A stretch of DNA of 64,000 bases from an uncultured Gammaproteobacteria bacterium (GTDB taxonomy: Bacteria > Pseudomonadota > Gammaproteobacteria > JACCXJ01): the NCBI GenBank assembly GCA_963764725.1, contig CAVXTM010000011.1, positions 128,001 through 192,000 on the forward strand, in the 5' to 3' direction. The position numbers and the translations under genes are program-made. Shown here piece by piece: positions 1 to 10,141 of the stretch (positions are counted from its first letter, which is position 1; each line of letters starts with the position of its first letter). The notes beneath the pieces were generated by a model. The model made no database searches. It was not told the origin of the DNA and saw only the letters and a list, made by a program, of their open reading frames with translations.

Positions 1-2
1 CT

Positions 3-1142
3 TGTTTTTCTGCTTTAGCATTCTCGTTCTCCGCTATCAGTGGGTGCAGGTCTCACGATACTACACAGAGAGCCAGTCACGGTTTCCGCCTCACCGACAA
101 GGAATTGCTAGTTTACATCGAGGCCGTGACAAGAATTCGGGAGACAGCCGCGCTCCTACCTCCTAGAGGAACCACAGCCCAGATCGTCGGGGATACACTG
201 AACGCGTATCTGGCGCAAAAAGACGCGTCTTCCGGCTATCTCACCCGTGAGGAGTACCGTGACTTTCAGCGTCTGCAGGATGACAGGTACGTCGGCATCG
301 GTATGGATATCGAGAAGGATGCCGAAGGCAACGTTCTTTGCCTTCCCGTCATGGAGAGTGTCGCGGCAAAGGCCGGTATCCACGCGCGTGATCGCCTCAA
401 GAGCATCGAGGGTGTCCCGGTTGCGGGAAAATCGCTACTCGCGCTCGGCTCCCTCGCTAGGGGTGCGCCGGGAGCCCGGTTAGCGTTAGTCATTGTCACT
501 CCCGCCGGAATCGAAAAGCAGGTGATCCTGACGCGGGCGATGACGAGCGTCGAGACGGTATCCCAACGCAACTTCGGTTCGATCCCGGTAATTCGGATCC
601 ACACTTTTACCCGCGGGACGAAGGGCAAGCTCGCGGCGCTTGTCACAGACTGGGCAACAGATCGGCCCGCTGTCCTCGATCTGCGCGGTAATCGGGGTGG
701 TGATCTCCATGCCGCTATTGACTCCGCGCAGCTCTTCTTGCCCGCGGGGACGCGCATTGTTTCCGTAACGGGCCGTGGCACGAAACACTATCAAAGTGAC
801 AACGCTCCGCTGAATATGGAAACTCCCATCTATCTTTGGCAGGATGAGGCCACGGCCAGCGCGGCAGAGGTCTTCATTGCAGCGCTAACGCAGAATCGCC
901 GGGCCGTATCGATCGGAAAACAAACATTCGGCAAAGGAACCAAGCAAGACATCCTCGAGTTGAGCGATGGATCGGCGCTGGTCTTGACCACGGGGCACCT
1001 GGCGACCCCCGATGGCACCCGCTACGATGGACAGGGGATCTCCCCGACGCATGCTCTGCTCGAGGAGGTTTCCGACACCGGGCACTATCTCGAACGCGTA
1101 GGATCATTGATGTACTCGGAGCGCTACCCCGCTACAAGATGA
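3..1142 (+). CDS. S41A C-terminal processing protease (PDZ + peptidase S41), probable lipoprotein; 5' end outside the window
   Basis: GIGM PDZ loop, LDLRGNRGG, ASAAE catalytic Ser and TFGKGTKQ Lys motifs. The frame is open from base 3 and encodes a hydrophobic stretch with lipobox I-S-G-C (36-47). Confidence 0.9.
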   Translation, partial: CFSALAFSFSAISGCRSHDTTQRASHGFRLTDKELLVYIEAVTRIRETAALLPPRGTTAQIVGDTLNAYLAQKDASSGYLTREEYRDFQRLQDDRYVGIGMDIEKDAEGNVLCLPVMESVAAKAGIHARDRLKSIEGVPVAGKSLLALGSLARGAPGARLALVIVTPAGIEKQVILTRAMTSVETVSQRNFGSIPVIRIHTFTRGTKGKLAALVTDWATDRPAVLDLRGNRGGDLHAAIDSAQLFLPAGTRIVSVTGRGTKHYQSDNAPLNMETPIYLWQDEATASAAEVFIAALTQNRRAVSIGKQTFGKGTKQDILELSDGSALVLTTGHLATPDGTRYDGQGISPTHALLEEVSDTGHYLERVGSLMYSERYPATR

Positions 1143-1209
1143 AACCCCGCAACGACAATGCCGGTTTGTGGCACAGCGGATTTTATCCCCATGGCCACGG
1201 GGGTGAGCT

Positions 1210-2364
1210 ATGAGAAAGATTTTTGTCAACTATCGCAGAGAACCCGATCAGTATGTGGCGGGAAATCTAAGCCGCGAGCTGCGCCGCTACTTCGGCGACT
1301 CGCAAGTATTCCGCGACAAGGAAAGCATCGAGGGAGGTGTGTCGTGGAAGCAGCACGTGCTGGACGAGATCGACTGCGATTCGGTGCTGCTGGTGCTGAT
1401 TGGACAAAAGTGGGGCGATGTGCGCGACGCGGGCGGAAACCGGCGACTCGACAAGCCGGACGATCCAGTACGCCTTGAGATCGCCCATGCGATGCGCAAC
1501 GGTGCAGCGATCATTCCGCTGCTGCTGGAAAACGCGCAGATGCCGCCCGCTTCCAAGCTCCCGCAAGAGTTGATCCAGCTCGCCGAACTCAACGCGCTCA
1601 AGCTACGCGACGGCGATTGGGAAGCCGATGGCGCAAAAATCGTGCAGCGGCTGGAAAAACTCGGAGCAAAGCGAGTCGCCGGCGCAGATTCTCAGCCGGG
1701 GAACGTGGACGGTAAAACTAAGGAGCCGGACAAACGTTATCAGAGTTGCGCTGAGTTCTTAGCCGACCTTGATGCGTCTCAGGCGGAAGTCTCCGGCGCT
1801 CAGAGCATCCGCCCGCGATACGTGATTGCAGCAGCTGTGGCGGGCCTCATGATAGCCGTCGGGGCTGAGATTTATTTCAGCAAGGCCGTTCGCTTCGTTG
1901 TGGACGAGGAGGCAATGCTACAGAAGGAGCATGAGACCGGTTTCATTCTGATCCAGGGTGCGGCGGAAAAAGCATCTCTTGCTTGCCGAGGGCTCCGGGA
2001 AATCGATATCAAGCGACAGAATCTCGAAATTGCCAAGGGACTCGGCGATACAGGACTCGTGGATGCATATACCACCCAAATCGAGGAGATCGCCCAAAAC
2101 ATCCGCGACCACGCTTCAGAATATAAGGATCTGATCGGTAGAATCGTCGGCATTAAAAAGGCGGTCGCAGAGGCCGAATTTGAGCATTATGCGAATGAAC
2201 TACTGAGCAAAAAGTCATTCAATCAAGTCCACGTGAGCCGGTTGGTACAGCGTCATTATCAGGACCATCTCGACGGCGCTAGCGCGGAGCACGTAGGGCT
2301 AACCCGCCAAACCTGTATGGGGGATATGAAGGAATACGCATTTAAACCTTCGCTTGGGCGGTGA
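1210..2364 (+). CDS. TIR_2-domain protein with one TM helix and a C-terminal helical domain
   Basis: KIFVNYRR..VFRD..IEGG..W..VRLEIAHA is a typical TIR_2 pattern including the catalytic Glu. TM segment YVIAAAVAGLMIAVGAEIYF. Confidence 0.85.
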   Translation: MRKIFVNYRREPDQYVAGNLSRELRRYFGDSQVFRDKESIEGGVSWKQHVLDEIDCDSVLLVLIGQKWGDVRDAGGNRRLDKPDDPVRLEIAHAMRNGAAIIPLLLENAQMPPASKLPQELIQLAELNALKLRDGDWEADGAKIVQRLEKLGAKRVAGADSQPGNVDGKTKEPDKRYQSCAEFLADLDASQAEVSGAQSIRPRYVIAAAVAGLMIAVGAEIYFSKAVRFVVDEEAMLQKEHETGFILIQGAAEKASLACRGLREIDIKRQNLEIAKGLGDTGLVDAYTTQIEEIAQNIRDHASEYKDLIGRIVGIKKAVAEAEFEHYANELLSKKSFNQVHVSRLVQRHYQDHLDGASAEHVGLTRQTCMGDMKEYAFKPSLGR

Positions 2365-4927
2365 GACTCGCGATGTCCCGCAAAATACGCGGTGTTTTGG
2401 GTCCGCCGGGGAAAGCCAGGTATTTGGGACGCCACACGGGCCCGAGTTGTTCCGCGAAACGCCGGTAGCTTTCATGGTCACGAAAGTGCTCGCTTTGACG
2501 ATAAATCATGTTCCCGATCCGCTGCCAAAGCGGAGCGAGCGCATGGCGTTGCAATCCCGCGACCGGCACCATCCCGAGATTGAACCAGCGATAGGCTCGT
2601 GTTTGGCCGCCCAGCATGAGCTCCGTCACCATGAATTCCATGATGCCCGCGGTGGCATCGGGCCGGTAGCGCGCTAGATCCAGGGCTAGTTCTTCCTTGC
2701 GGGCACTCACCCACAAAATCGCAAACGCTACGATACGCTTATCCTTGCGCACCACGGCGCAGGGGAAGTTGGCAACGTAAGTAGGATCGAAATAGCCCCT
2801 GGAAAAGCTCTTCTCCGAGGTCTTCGTGTGCGCCAGCCATTCCTCGGAGACGCGCTGCATGTCCGGGATCAACGCGGGCACCTTGGCCGAACTGACTATC
2901 TCGAAGCTGACGCCCTCTGCAAGCACGTGGTCGTAAGCTTTGCGGAGCGCCGCTCTTTCGGCTCCCTGGAGCGAAAAGCGCTCTAACGGGATGCGGGCGT
3001 CATCGCCCAATTTGAGCACCGATAGGCCGAGATCGATATAGCGCGACAAGCCTTCGGCATCGATGAGATAAAAAACCGGCCATCCACCATAGCGATCGCA
3101 GAGATCCCGAAACGTCCAGAGCAGGCTCTCGTGCTCAGCCGGCGGACCGACGGGATCACCGAGCGCGACCCAGCTTTTATGCATCACCCGGTACATGATG
3201 AAGGCATGACCAGAATGGCTGAACAGAAAGCGCTTGTCGCCGAGCAAGGCGAGGCTCGCCCGCGCATTCGGGTCCTGCTTGACGATGCGGCGGATCTGCT
3301 GGAGGCTCGCCGTATGCGGCAGGTCGGGGACTGGATCGGCCCGCAGTAGATACGCCAACGCTATCGCGCCGGCAAGGACAACCGCCACCGCTAGGGTGCG
3401 GAGACATCTGGAAAGCTCGCCGTCATATTGGAACTGCCACCAGAGCTCGTGGGAATAGGCGAATTGCTTATACGAAAAGATGCCGAGCCAGATGGTCACG
3501 GCGAGGATCGCCATCACGGTGGAGACCCACTCCGCCGGAAAACCCTGATCGAGTGCCGAGCCTCCGCGTTGGAACTCTCGATGCGTCGCCAATAGCACCA
3601 GGAGCGTGAGGGCGAGAACGAACGCGCCTTCATAGATCAAGCCTTTGATCAGAAAGGCTACGATCCCCAGCGCGAGCAGAGCGGCGATCAAACGATAGGC
3701 CGTGCTGAGACGGAGCGACAAGCCGCGCGCAAGGATTACGAGCCCCATCCCGGCAGCGCCCGCGAGCGCGTGGAAAACCTCCACCAGCGGTAGCGGCGCC
3801 GCCTCCCTTAGCAAGCCGAGGCGTCCCGCCGGCGCCGGAACGGCGCTCGAGAAAAGCAGCATCATCCCGGCGAAGATGATGACTACGGCCATGATTTGCG
3901 GTCCGAGCACTTCAAGCCAATCCGTCGCAGACTCCCGCGCCCGCACCCACTGGGCGCGTTGCGCGACCGCTTCATGAGCGGCGAGCACGATGGCGGCGAC
4001 GCCGAGGGGCGCCAGATAATAGACGCAACGGAACAACAAGATCGCGCCGAGCAGCGCCGCGGGAGGGATCTCCGGTAGACCGACCAGCATCACCGACTCG
4101 AAGACACCGATGCCCCCCGGCACGTGACTCACACCCCCTGCCAGCAAGGCCAGTGCGAATACGCCCAAAAAACCGAAGAAGTCCGTTCCTGGGTATACCG
4201 GCAGCAGCACGTAGACTACGGCGCCGATCAGCATAAGATCCAAAGCGCCGAGGGCGATTTGCGCCGAGGCCGTTTTGGCCGACGGCAGCCGTAGCGACCA
4301 GTTCCGCGTCCGGATCGTCATCGGCCGTACGGCGGAAACGATGAGATACACCACCATCAGGCCCAGCATCACCGCGCCTAAGGTGTGCTTCACTTCGGGA
4401 GGCAGGGAAAATGCCGTGGCTTCTGCGCTCCCAAACAGCAGTGAGAGCGTTAGGATAAAACCGATCCCCAAGCTTACGGTCAGCGCGCACATGGTCGTGA
4501 TCCCGGCGATCTCGACCGCGGTTAAACCGCCTCGAGAATAGAGGCGGTAGCGGATGGCGCCGCCGGTGACCATCGCGAAACCGAGATTGCTGCCGAAAGC
4601 AGAAGCGAGGAAGCCCGCAAGCGCGGCGCGCGAATAGGACAAGGGACGGTTGATGTGCTTTAGGGCAACTACATCATAGCCCGTCACCACCACATAACTG
4701 GCGGCCGTAATTCCGAGCGCCAGTAATACTGATGTCCAGGGTAGCGCATGAACGTTTTCCAGGACCTCGGCCAGCTCGATCTTTTTTAGCGTGCGGTAAA
4801 CGACCCAGAGCGCGACACACACGATAGCGAGACTGATAAGAGTACCGGCTTGCACCAACAGTTTTTTGGCGAACGGCCCGGCCCGGCTGGGGCTTTTACG
4901 CTTTGCTGCGTTGCTCGCAATCGCCAT
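2342..4927 (-). CDS. mprF: Bifunctional lysylphosphatidylglycerol flippase/synthetase
   Basis: Multi-TM N-terminus with PGGIGVFE; C-terminal DUF2156-type domain (LGDKRFLFS, ALGDPVG, FNLGM). Confidence 0.92.
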   Translation of the reverse strand: MAIASNAAKRKSPSRAGPFAKKLLVQAGTLISLAIVCVALWVVYRTLKKIELAEVLENVHALPWTSVLLALGITAASYVVVTGYDVVALKHINRPLSYSRAALAGFLASAFGSNLGFAMVTGGAIRYRLYSRGGLTAVEIAGITTMCALTVSLGIGFILTLSLLFGSAEATAFSLPPEVKHTLGAVMLGLMVVYLIVSAVRPMTIRTRNWSLRLPSAKTASAQIALGALDLMLIGAVVYVLLPVYPGTDFFGFLGVFALALLAGGVSHVPGGIGVFESVMLVGLPEIPPAALLGAILLFRCVYYLAPLGVAAIVLAAHEAVAQRAQWVRARESATDWLEVLGPQIMAVVIIFAGMMLLFSSAVPAPAGRLGLLREAAPLPLVEVFHALAGAAGMGLVILARGLSLRLSTAYRLIAALLALGIVAFLIKGLIYEGAFVLALTLLVLLATHREFQRGGSALDQGFPAEWVSTVMAILAVTIWLGIFSYKQFAYSHELWWQFQYDGELSRCLRTLAVAVVLAGAIALAYLLRADPVPDLPHTASLQQIRRIVKQDPNARASLALLGDKRFLFSHSGHAFIMYRVMHKSWVALGDPVGPPAEHESLLWTFRDLCDRYGGWPVFYLIDAEGLSRYIDLGLSVLKLGDDARIPLERFSLQGAERAALRKAYDHVLAEGVSFEIVSSAKVPALIPDMQRVSEEWLAHTKTSEKSFSRGYFDPTYVANFPCAVVRKDKRIVAFAILWVSARKEELALDLARYRPDATAGIMEFMVTELMLGGQTRAYRWFNLGMVPVAGLQRHALAPLWQRIGNMIYRQSEHFRDHESYRRFAEQLGPVWRPKYLAFPGGPKTPRILRDIASLTAQAKV

Positions 4928-5094
4928 CGCCGTATGCTCGATCGAGTGGTGGTGTGGTGCGGATAAAGGCGAAGCACCAAGTCTAGTGTACTGCTAGTTA
5001 AGGCCCTGACATAGGTGCGACGCTTTGTTGGCCTTCCGGGGCTTTCCTAGGATGCTTGCAGTCGGTTCAAGGGCGATGCTAGAGTTTTCAGGAT

Positions 5095-5478
5095 ATGGGC
5101 CTGGGCCTGCCCGCCGCCCTCGGCTGGTTCTTTCTTGGGGCGTGGTTCATGGCGCTGCAATACACCGATTACCCCATGGCTAACCACGGAATCGACTTCC
5201 CCGCACAGCGGCGGCTTCTAGGACACCGGCGGTGGCTTGCCCTGGGCTTTGGCACCGTCGTCATGGTCTTGACCCTCATCCCAGTGGTCAATTTCCTGGC
5301 AATGCCCATTGCCGTCGCGGGCGCCACAGCGATGTGGGTCGGGGCGATCATTGTCAGGCCGCGAGGAAGCGCTTCCGCGCTGCCAGGAGGCGACAATCCT
5401 TTAACCGGGGCATTATGGATCGAGCGCTCTTCGAAGCGCAGTAGCGACACATTGATAAGCGCCGACTGCAGGTGCTAG
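5095..5478 (+). pseudogene. cysZ: C-terminal fragment of sulfate transporter CysZ (EI24 family)
   Basis: WFMALQYTDYPMANH..LGFG..IPVVNFLAMPIAVAGATAMW matches the CysZ C-terminus; the N-terminal part is absent. Confidence 0.7.
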
Positions 5479-5613
5479 CATTGACGAGCACCGGGGAGGG
5501 AACTTTAGGCGAGGAGGCCAGACTCAAATATGGTGGGAATGCCTTTCTTTGAAAGCGTGCTATGCCCATAGTGGATAGCACGACCTATTAACAAAGCTGC
5601 TCGGAGGTGAACC

Positions 5614-6273
5614 ATGCCACTACGCATAGGCGACGAAGCCCCAGATTTTACGGCGGAGACAACGGAAGGAGCGATCCACTTCCACGAATGGATCGGGAAC
5701 GGTTGGGCTATTCTGTTCTCGCATCCGAAAGATTTTACCCCGGTCTGCACGACCGAGCTTGGTTATATGGCAGGTCTTAAGCCAGAGTTCGACAAGCGCA
5801 ACTGCAAGGTCATCGGTTTGAGCGTCGATTCGGTCGGCGACCACACCGCGTGGTCCAAAGATATTGCAGAGACCCAAGGCCATGCCGTGAACTATCCGTT
5901 GATCGGTGATACCGATCTAAAGGTGGCGAAGCTCTATGAAATGATTCACCCCAATGCCAGCGGCGGCGCACAGGGACGAACGGCGGCCGATAATGCCACG
6001 GTGCGCTCCGTGTTTGTCATCGGTCCGGACAAGAAGATCAAGTTGATGATCACCTATCCCATGAGCACGGGTCGCAACTTCGATGAGGTGCTGCGGGTAA
6101 TTGACTCGATGCAGCTAACAGCAAAGCACAAAGTTGCAACGCCGGTGAATTGGAAGCAGGGCGAGGACGTCATCATCATCCCGGCAGTTTCCGATGCAGA
6201 AGCTAAGGAGAAATTTCCGGGTGGCTGGAAATCGCCGCGGCCTTATCTAAGGATCGTGCCACAACCGAAGTAG
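5614..6273 (+). CDS. 1-Cys peroxiredoxin (Prx6)
   Basis: FSHPKDFTPVCTTE motif; GGAGG RBS. Confidence 0.95.
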   Translation: MPLRIGDEAPDFTAETTEGAIHFHEWIGNGWAILFSHPKDFTPVCTTELGYMAGLKPEFDKRNCKVIGLSVDSVGDHTAWSKDIAETQGHAVNYPLIGDTDLKVAKLYEMIHPNASGGAQGRTAADNATVRSVFVIGPDKKIKLMITYPMSTGRNFDEVLRVIDSMQLTAKHKVATPVNWKQGEDVIIIPAVSDAEAKEKFPGGWKSPRPYLRIVPQPK

Positions 6274-6365
6274 AGTGGTGGGTAGCGGGGAGGTCCTGAC
6301 GGCGCTGCGTTCACCGAGAAATCAGCCGTCGACCTCTGAGGATGCGTGATCGTTAAATCAATCAG

Positions 6366-8150
6366 TTATCGATTCTTTTTTTTACGTTTTTTACGTCGAG
6401 TTACGGAAGCCGGGATAGGCTGCTCAGTCGCTTGGGTTCTCTCAGCTCCAGGCCGGATTCGCTCGAGCACATAGCGTGTCATGCCAAGTGCGAGTTCGTG
6501 CTCGCCCATAAACACCTTCCCGGCATTCTCAGTTTGGAGGAGCCCTGCCTCTTCTTCGGTATGAGTACGCACGACCGTCTCGACCCGCGGGTTGAGTGTG
6601 CGCGCGATTTCGATCATTTTCCGGGCATGAAACGTATCCGGGGTGGCGATTACCAACATACGCGCCCGCACGATATGCGCCTGAATGAGCACCGCCGGAT
6701 CGGAGGCATCCCCGGAGACAGCCGGTACACCGCGTTCGCGTAGCTGCTCGACAAGCTCACGATTCTGCTCGGCTACGACGAATGGCACGCCGCGCTCGGT
6801 TAGCGCTTCACCGATCCGCCGTCCCACGCGGCCATAGCCCACCAGTACGATATGCCCGGTAAGGCGATTCTGGTCGACAGTCATCGGAAGCTCTGCGAGC
6901 GGGTCGTCGGACCGCTCCAGGGCGCGGGCAAGGTTCGAGCGGGATCGAATCCGGGTTTGCGCAGGCTCAAACACCCGGAACACCAGAGGATTGAGCGCGA
7001 TCGAGATCAGCGCTCCTGCCAGAATGAGGCTCTGACCTTCCGCCGGCAGGAGCCCTAGGGAAACGCCCAGACCTGCTAGGATAAACGAGAACTCGCCGAT
7101 CTGCGCTAAGCTCGCCGAGACCGTGAGGGCCGTGTTGAGCGGGTAGCGAAAGGCGAGGACGAGAAGAAAAGCGGCCAATGACTTGCCGAAGACGATGATC
7201 GCAACGACTACGAACACCTGTAGCGGCTGGCGGATCAGGACCTGCGGATCGAACAGCATTCCAACCGATACGAAGAACAGAACCGAAAAAGCATCCCTGA
7301 GCGGCAAGGACTCTTCAGCCGCCCGATAGCTCAGGTCCGATTCTCTCAGCACCATTCCGGCGAAAAAGGCCCCTAGTGCGAAGGAAACGCCAAAAAGTTC
7401 GGCGGAGCCGTAGGCAATGCCGACGGCGGCCGCAACGACGCACAACGTAAAGAGCTCCCGCGACCCCGTGCGCGCGACCTGCCAGAGAAACCACGGGAAG
7501 AGGCGGCGACCGACAACGAGCATGAGTACGACAAACACCGCGACTTGACCGAGCGTAAGCCCAAGCGTTTTCAGCAACTCCCGATCTGGGGTGCCTTCGG
7601 TAAGACCGCTCGCATGGTGGCCGCCGAGCCACGCCGAGAGCGGTGGCAGCAACACCAGGACCAGAACCATGACGAGGTCTTCGACCACCAGCCACCCGAC
7701 CGCGATGCGGCCGTTGACGGACTCTAACACGCCGCGATTCTCCAGCGCTCTGAGGAGTACGACCGTGCTCGCCACCGAGAGCGCAAGACCGAACACGATG
7801 CCGGCGCCCAGGCCCCAATCCCAATGGACGGCAACAGCGGTACCGAGCGCGGTCGCAACGGCAATTTGGACGATTGCTCCGGGCAAGGCGATCCGGCGAA
7901 CAGCCAATAAGTCATCGAAGGAAAAGTGCAAGCCGACGCCGAACATCAGCAGCATCACCCCGATTTCGGCGAGTTGACGCGAGAGCTCAACGTCGGCGAC
8001 GAAGCCCGGCGTCGCTGGGCCTAGCAATATGCCGGCGATCAGGTAACCGACCAGCACCGGCACTTTCAGGCGCGCGGCGATAAAGCCCATAATCAGGGCA
8101 AGGCCCAAGCCGGCGGCAATCGTGGTGATCAGGTTGACGCTATGAGGCAC
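6366..8150 (-). CDS. ybaL: CPA2 cation/proton antiporter with TrkA-N domain (YbaL/RosB)
   Basis: MPHSVNLITTIA start, GLHFS, LAQIGEFSFIL and GYGRVG motifs. Confidence 0.9.
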   Translation of the reverse strand: MPHSVNLITTIAAGLGLALIMGFIAARLKVPVLVGYLIAGILLGPATPGFVADVELSRQLAEIGVMLLMFGVGLHFSFDDLLAVRRIALPGAIVQIAVATALGTAVAVHWDWGLGAGIVFGLALSVASTVVLLRALENRGVLESVNGRIAVGWLVVEDLVMVLVLVLLPPLSAWLGGHHASGLTEGTPDRELLKTLGLTLGQVAVFVVLMLVVGRRLFPWFLWQVARTGSRELFTLCVVAAAVGIAYGSAELFGVSFALGAFFAGMVLRESDLSYRAAEESLPLRDAFSVLFFVSVGMLFDPQVLIRQPLQVFVVVAIIVFGKSLAAFLLVLAFRYPLNTALTVSASLAQIGEFSFILAGLGVSLGLLPAEGQSLILAGALISIALNPLVFRVFEPAQTRIRSRSNLARALERSDDPLAELPMTVDQNRLTGHIVLVGYGRVGRRIGEALTERGVPFVVAEQNRELVEQLRERGVPAVSGDASDPAVLIQAHIVRARMLVIATPDTFHARKMIEIARTLNPRVETVVRTHTEEEAGLLQTENAGKVFMGEHELALGMTRYVLERIRPGAERTQATEQPIPASVTRRKKRKKKNR

Positions 8151-8544
8151 CTGTTTCTTCTCCCGATATTAGGGGATCTTTAGCACTATGCTTCAGCCAA
8201 TCTCACTGATGCCTCAGCGCACGGGACGATGTAGACTGCGGCGCGGCGGTTGAAGCGGTATTACATTTCGGAGGGATAATGATGAGCATAATTGTGAGAG
8301 GCGCTATGAAGGCGGCGGCCGGCCAGCTACCGCCCAACGACCACCACAATCAGCCCGGCTAGGCGCGGGGTTCTATTTTTTCTGAACAGGAATAAAAACC
8401 CTTATACATCCTAACCAAATACACACATTGACACAAGAAAACAACGATACGTGATGCCAAGCAAATGCTTTCATGCGCTTATGGCAAGACCTTGGTCTAT
8501 GATGGGACTGGTGCAATCCAACTAACCCGGCTACCGAGGAACCC

Positions 8545-8721
8545 ATGAAAAATGTCGAGATGCATGTCGAGGGGAATATTCTGACTATCCAGATCGATCT
8601 CTCCAAAGAATACGGTCCCTCTTCCTCAGGCAAGACCATCATCATTGCGTCTACGGAGGGCAACGTGCCTGTCCCTGAACGCGAGGAGAAAATTGGGTTA
8701 AACGTTTACCGTAAAAAGTAA
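8545..8721 (+). CDS. 58-aa conserved small protein, absent from the ORF track
   Basis: GAGGA RBS, then MKNVEMHVEGNILTIQIDLSKEYGPSSSGKTIIIASTEGNVPVPEREEKIGLNVYRKK*. Confidence 0.8.
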   Translation: MKNVEMHVEGNILTIQIDLSKEYGPSSSGKTIIIASTEGNVPVPEREEKIGLNVYRKK

Positions 8722-8810
8722 GTGTCGGTCTACGGTCGGGGCGGGCGAGCCGAACGCTTCAAGGCCATAGCCTGGCCAAGAGGGGACCGATCAAAATGCC
8801 GGGTTTTTGC

Positions 8811-10139
8811 TTACACAGGCGTGCAATAGCACCCCTGCTGCTTCGCATCGTGCGAGCGGCCGAGCCAATAGCCGACTGCGGCCCAGAGCGCTGCCAGGGC
8901 CGCGCCGACGAGCGCGGCCAGCCAGGCGCCGAAGCCTAGTGCGTCAATTCCGGCTTTGAGCCAGCCGCTGACGGCGTCGCCGCCGCGATAGACCGCCGTG
9001 TCGATGACGTTCTTTGCCTTGTATTTGGTTTCCGCATCGACGACGGTGAACAGAATTTCCCGGCCTGGCCTGACAAGCGCGTACTCTCCGACCCGGCGCA
9101 GCACCATCACCGCCGCGAGCACGCCGAACACCGGCATGAAGGCGAGGAACAGCAGCCCGCCGGTGATCACGATGGGCACCGCCGTTAACAGCACCGTGAC
9201 GCCACGACGCGCGGCCAGACGGCCAGTGAGGAAAATCTGCGTGAAAATGGTGAGTGCTTGGACCACCGCGTCCAGTGCGCTGAACACCTGTGTCTGGTGC
9301 ACGCGATCCGGAAAGGTCTCCGCGACCAGACGCGCCTGTTCGAAATAGAGGAAGGTGCTGGCGGTCGCGAGCAGAACGACGAAGGCGCTGATGCCCAACA
9401 GGTACGGTGAACGCGCGATGCGCGACAGGCCGGCGAAGATACGCCCGCCAATGGGCCGCTGCGGGTCCTCGGTGCCCGATTCCATGCCGGCGCCGGCGCG
9501 TGCACGCCAGCGCAGCAGAACGCCGACACCGAGCAAGCTCAGTCCCAGAAGTCCGGCGGCGAGGAGGCTCAGCCCCGTGTGCCCGATGGTCTCGACAAGC
9601 AGGCCCGCGAGCGTCGGGCCGAGGAGCCCGCCGGCACTAGCGCCGGCCGCGATCAAGGCGAACAGGCGCCGAGCCTGCGCCGGCCGGAATACATCCGCCA
9701 TCAGGCTCCAAGCGACCGAGATGACGAACAGGTTGAACACCGACAACCAGACGTAGAACACGCGCGCCAGCCAGACGCTTTCAGGATCGGCGCGGAAACC
9801 GGCGGTGAATGCCAGCAGATTGGCGATGAAGAAGCCGTAGACCCAGGGAATGAGCCGCGCGCGCGGCACGGCCGCGCTGAGCGCGCCGTAGGCCGGCACC
9901 GCCAGCAGCATCGTCAGAAAGGTCGCGGTGAACAGCCATTGCAGGTTCTGCACGCCGCCGGTGATGCCCATGGTTTCGCGCAGGGGCCGCAGCATGGAGT
10001 ATCCGGTGAACAGGCAGAAGAACATGCCGAAGCCAGCAACGACGACCGAAAGCTCGCCAGGATCGGCTTTGAGCAGGCGATGCAGAAATCCCGTTGGCGG
10101 CGAATACCGGTGGCTCGGATCATCCGCATCCTGAGCCAT
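8811..10139 (-). CDS. MFS transporter (NTP/AAA-like group)
   Basis: LRPLRETMG, WSLMADVF and KYKAKNVIDTAVYRGGD motifs; the ATG at 10139 follows the AKR stop. Confidence 0.85.
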   Translation of the reverse strand: MAQDADDPSHRYSPPTGFLHRLLKADPGELSVVVAGFGMFFCLFTGYSMLRPLRETMGITGGVQNLQWLFTATFLTMLLAVPAYGALSAAVPRARLIPWVYGFFIANLLAFTAGFRADPESVWLARVFYVWLSVFNLFVISVAWSLMADVFRPAQARRLFALIAAGASAGGLLGPTLAGLLVETIGHTGLSLLAAGLLGLSLLGVGVLLRWRARAGAGMESGTEDPQRPIGGRIFAGLSRIARSPYLLGISAFVVLLATASTFLYFEQARLVAETFPDRVHQTQVFSALDAVVQALTIFTQIFLTGRLAARRGVTVLLTAVPIVITGGLLFLAFMPVFGVLAAVMVLRRVGEYALVRPGREILFTVVDAETKYKAKNVIDTAVYRGGDAVSGWLKAGIDALGFGAWLAALVGAALAALWAAVGYWLGRSHDAKQQGCYCTPV

Positions 10140-10141
10140 CC

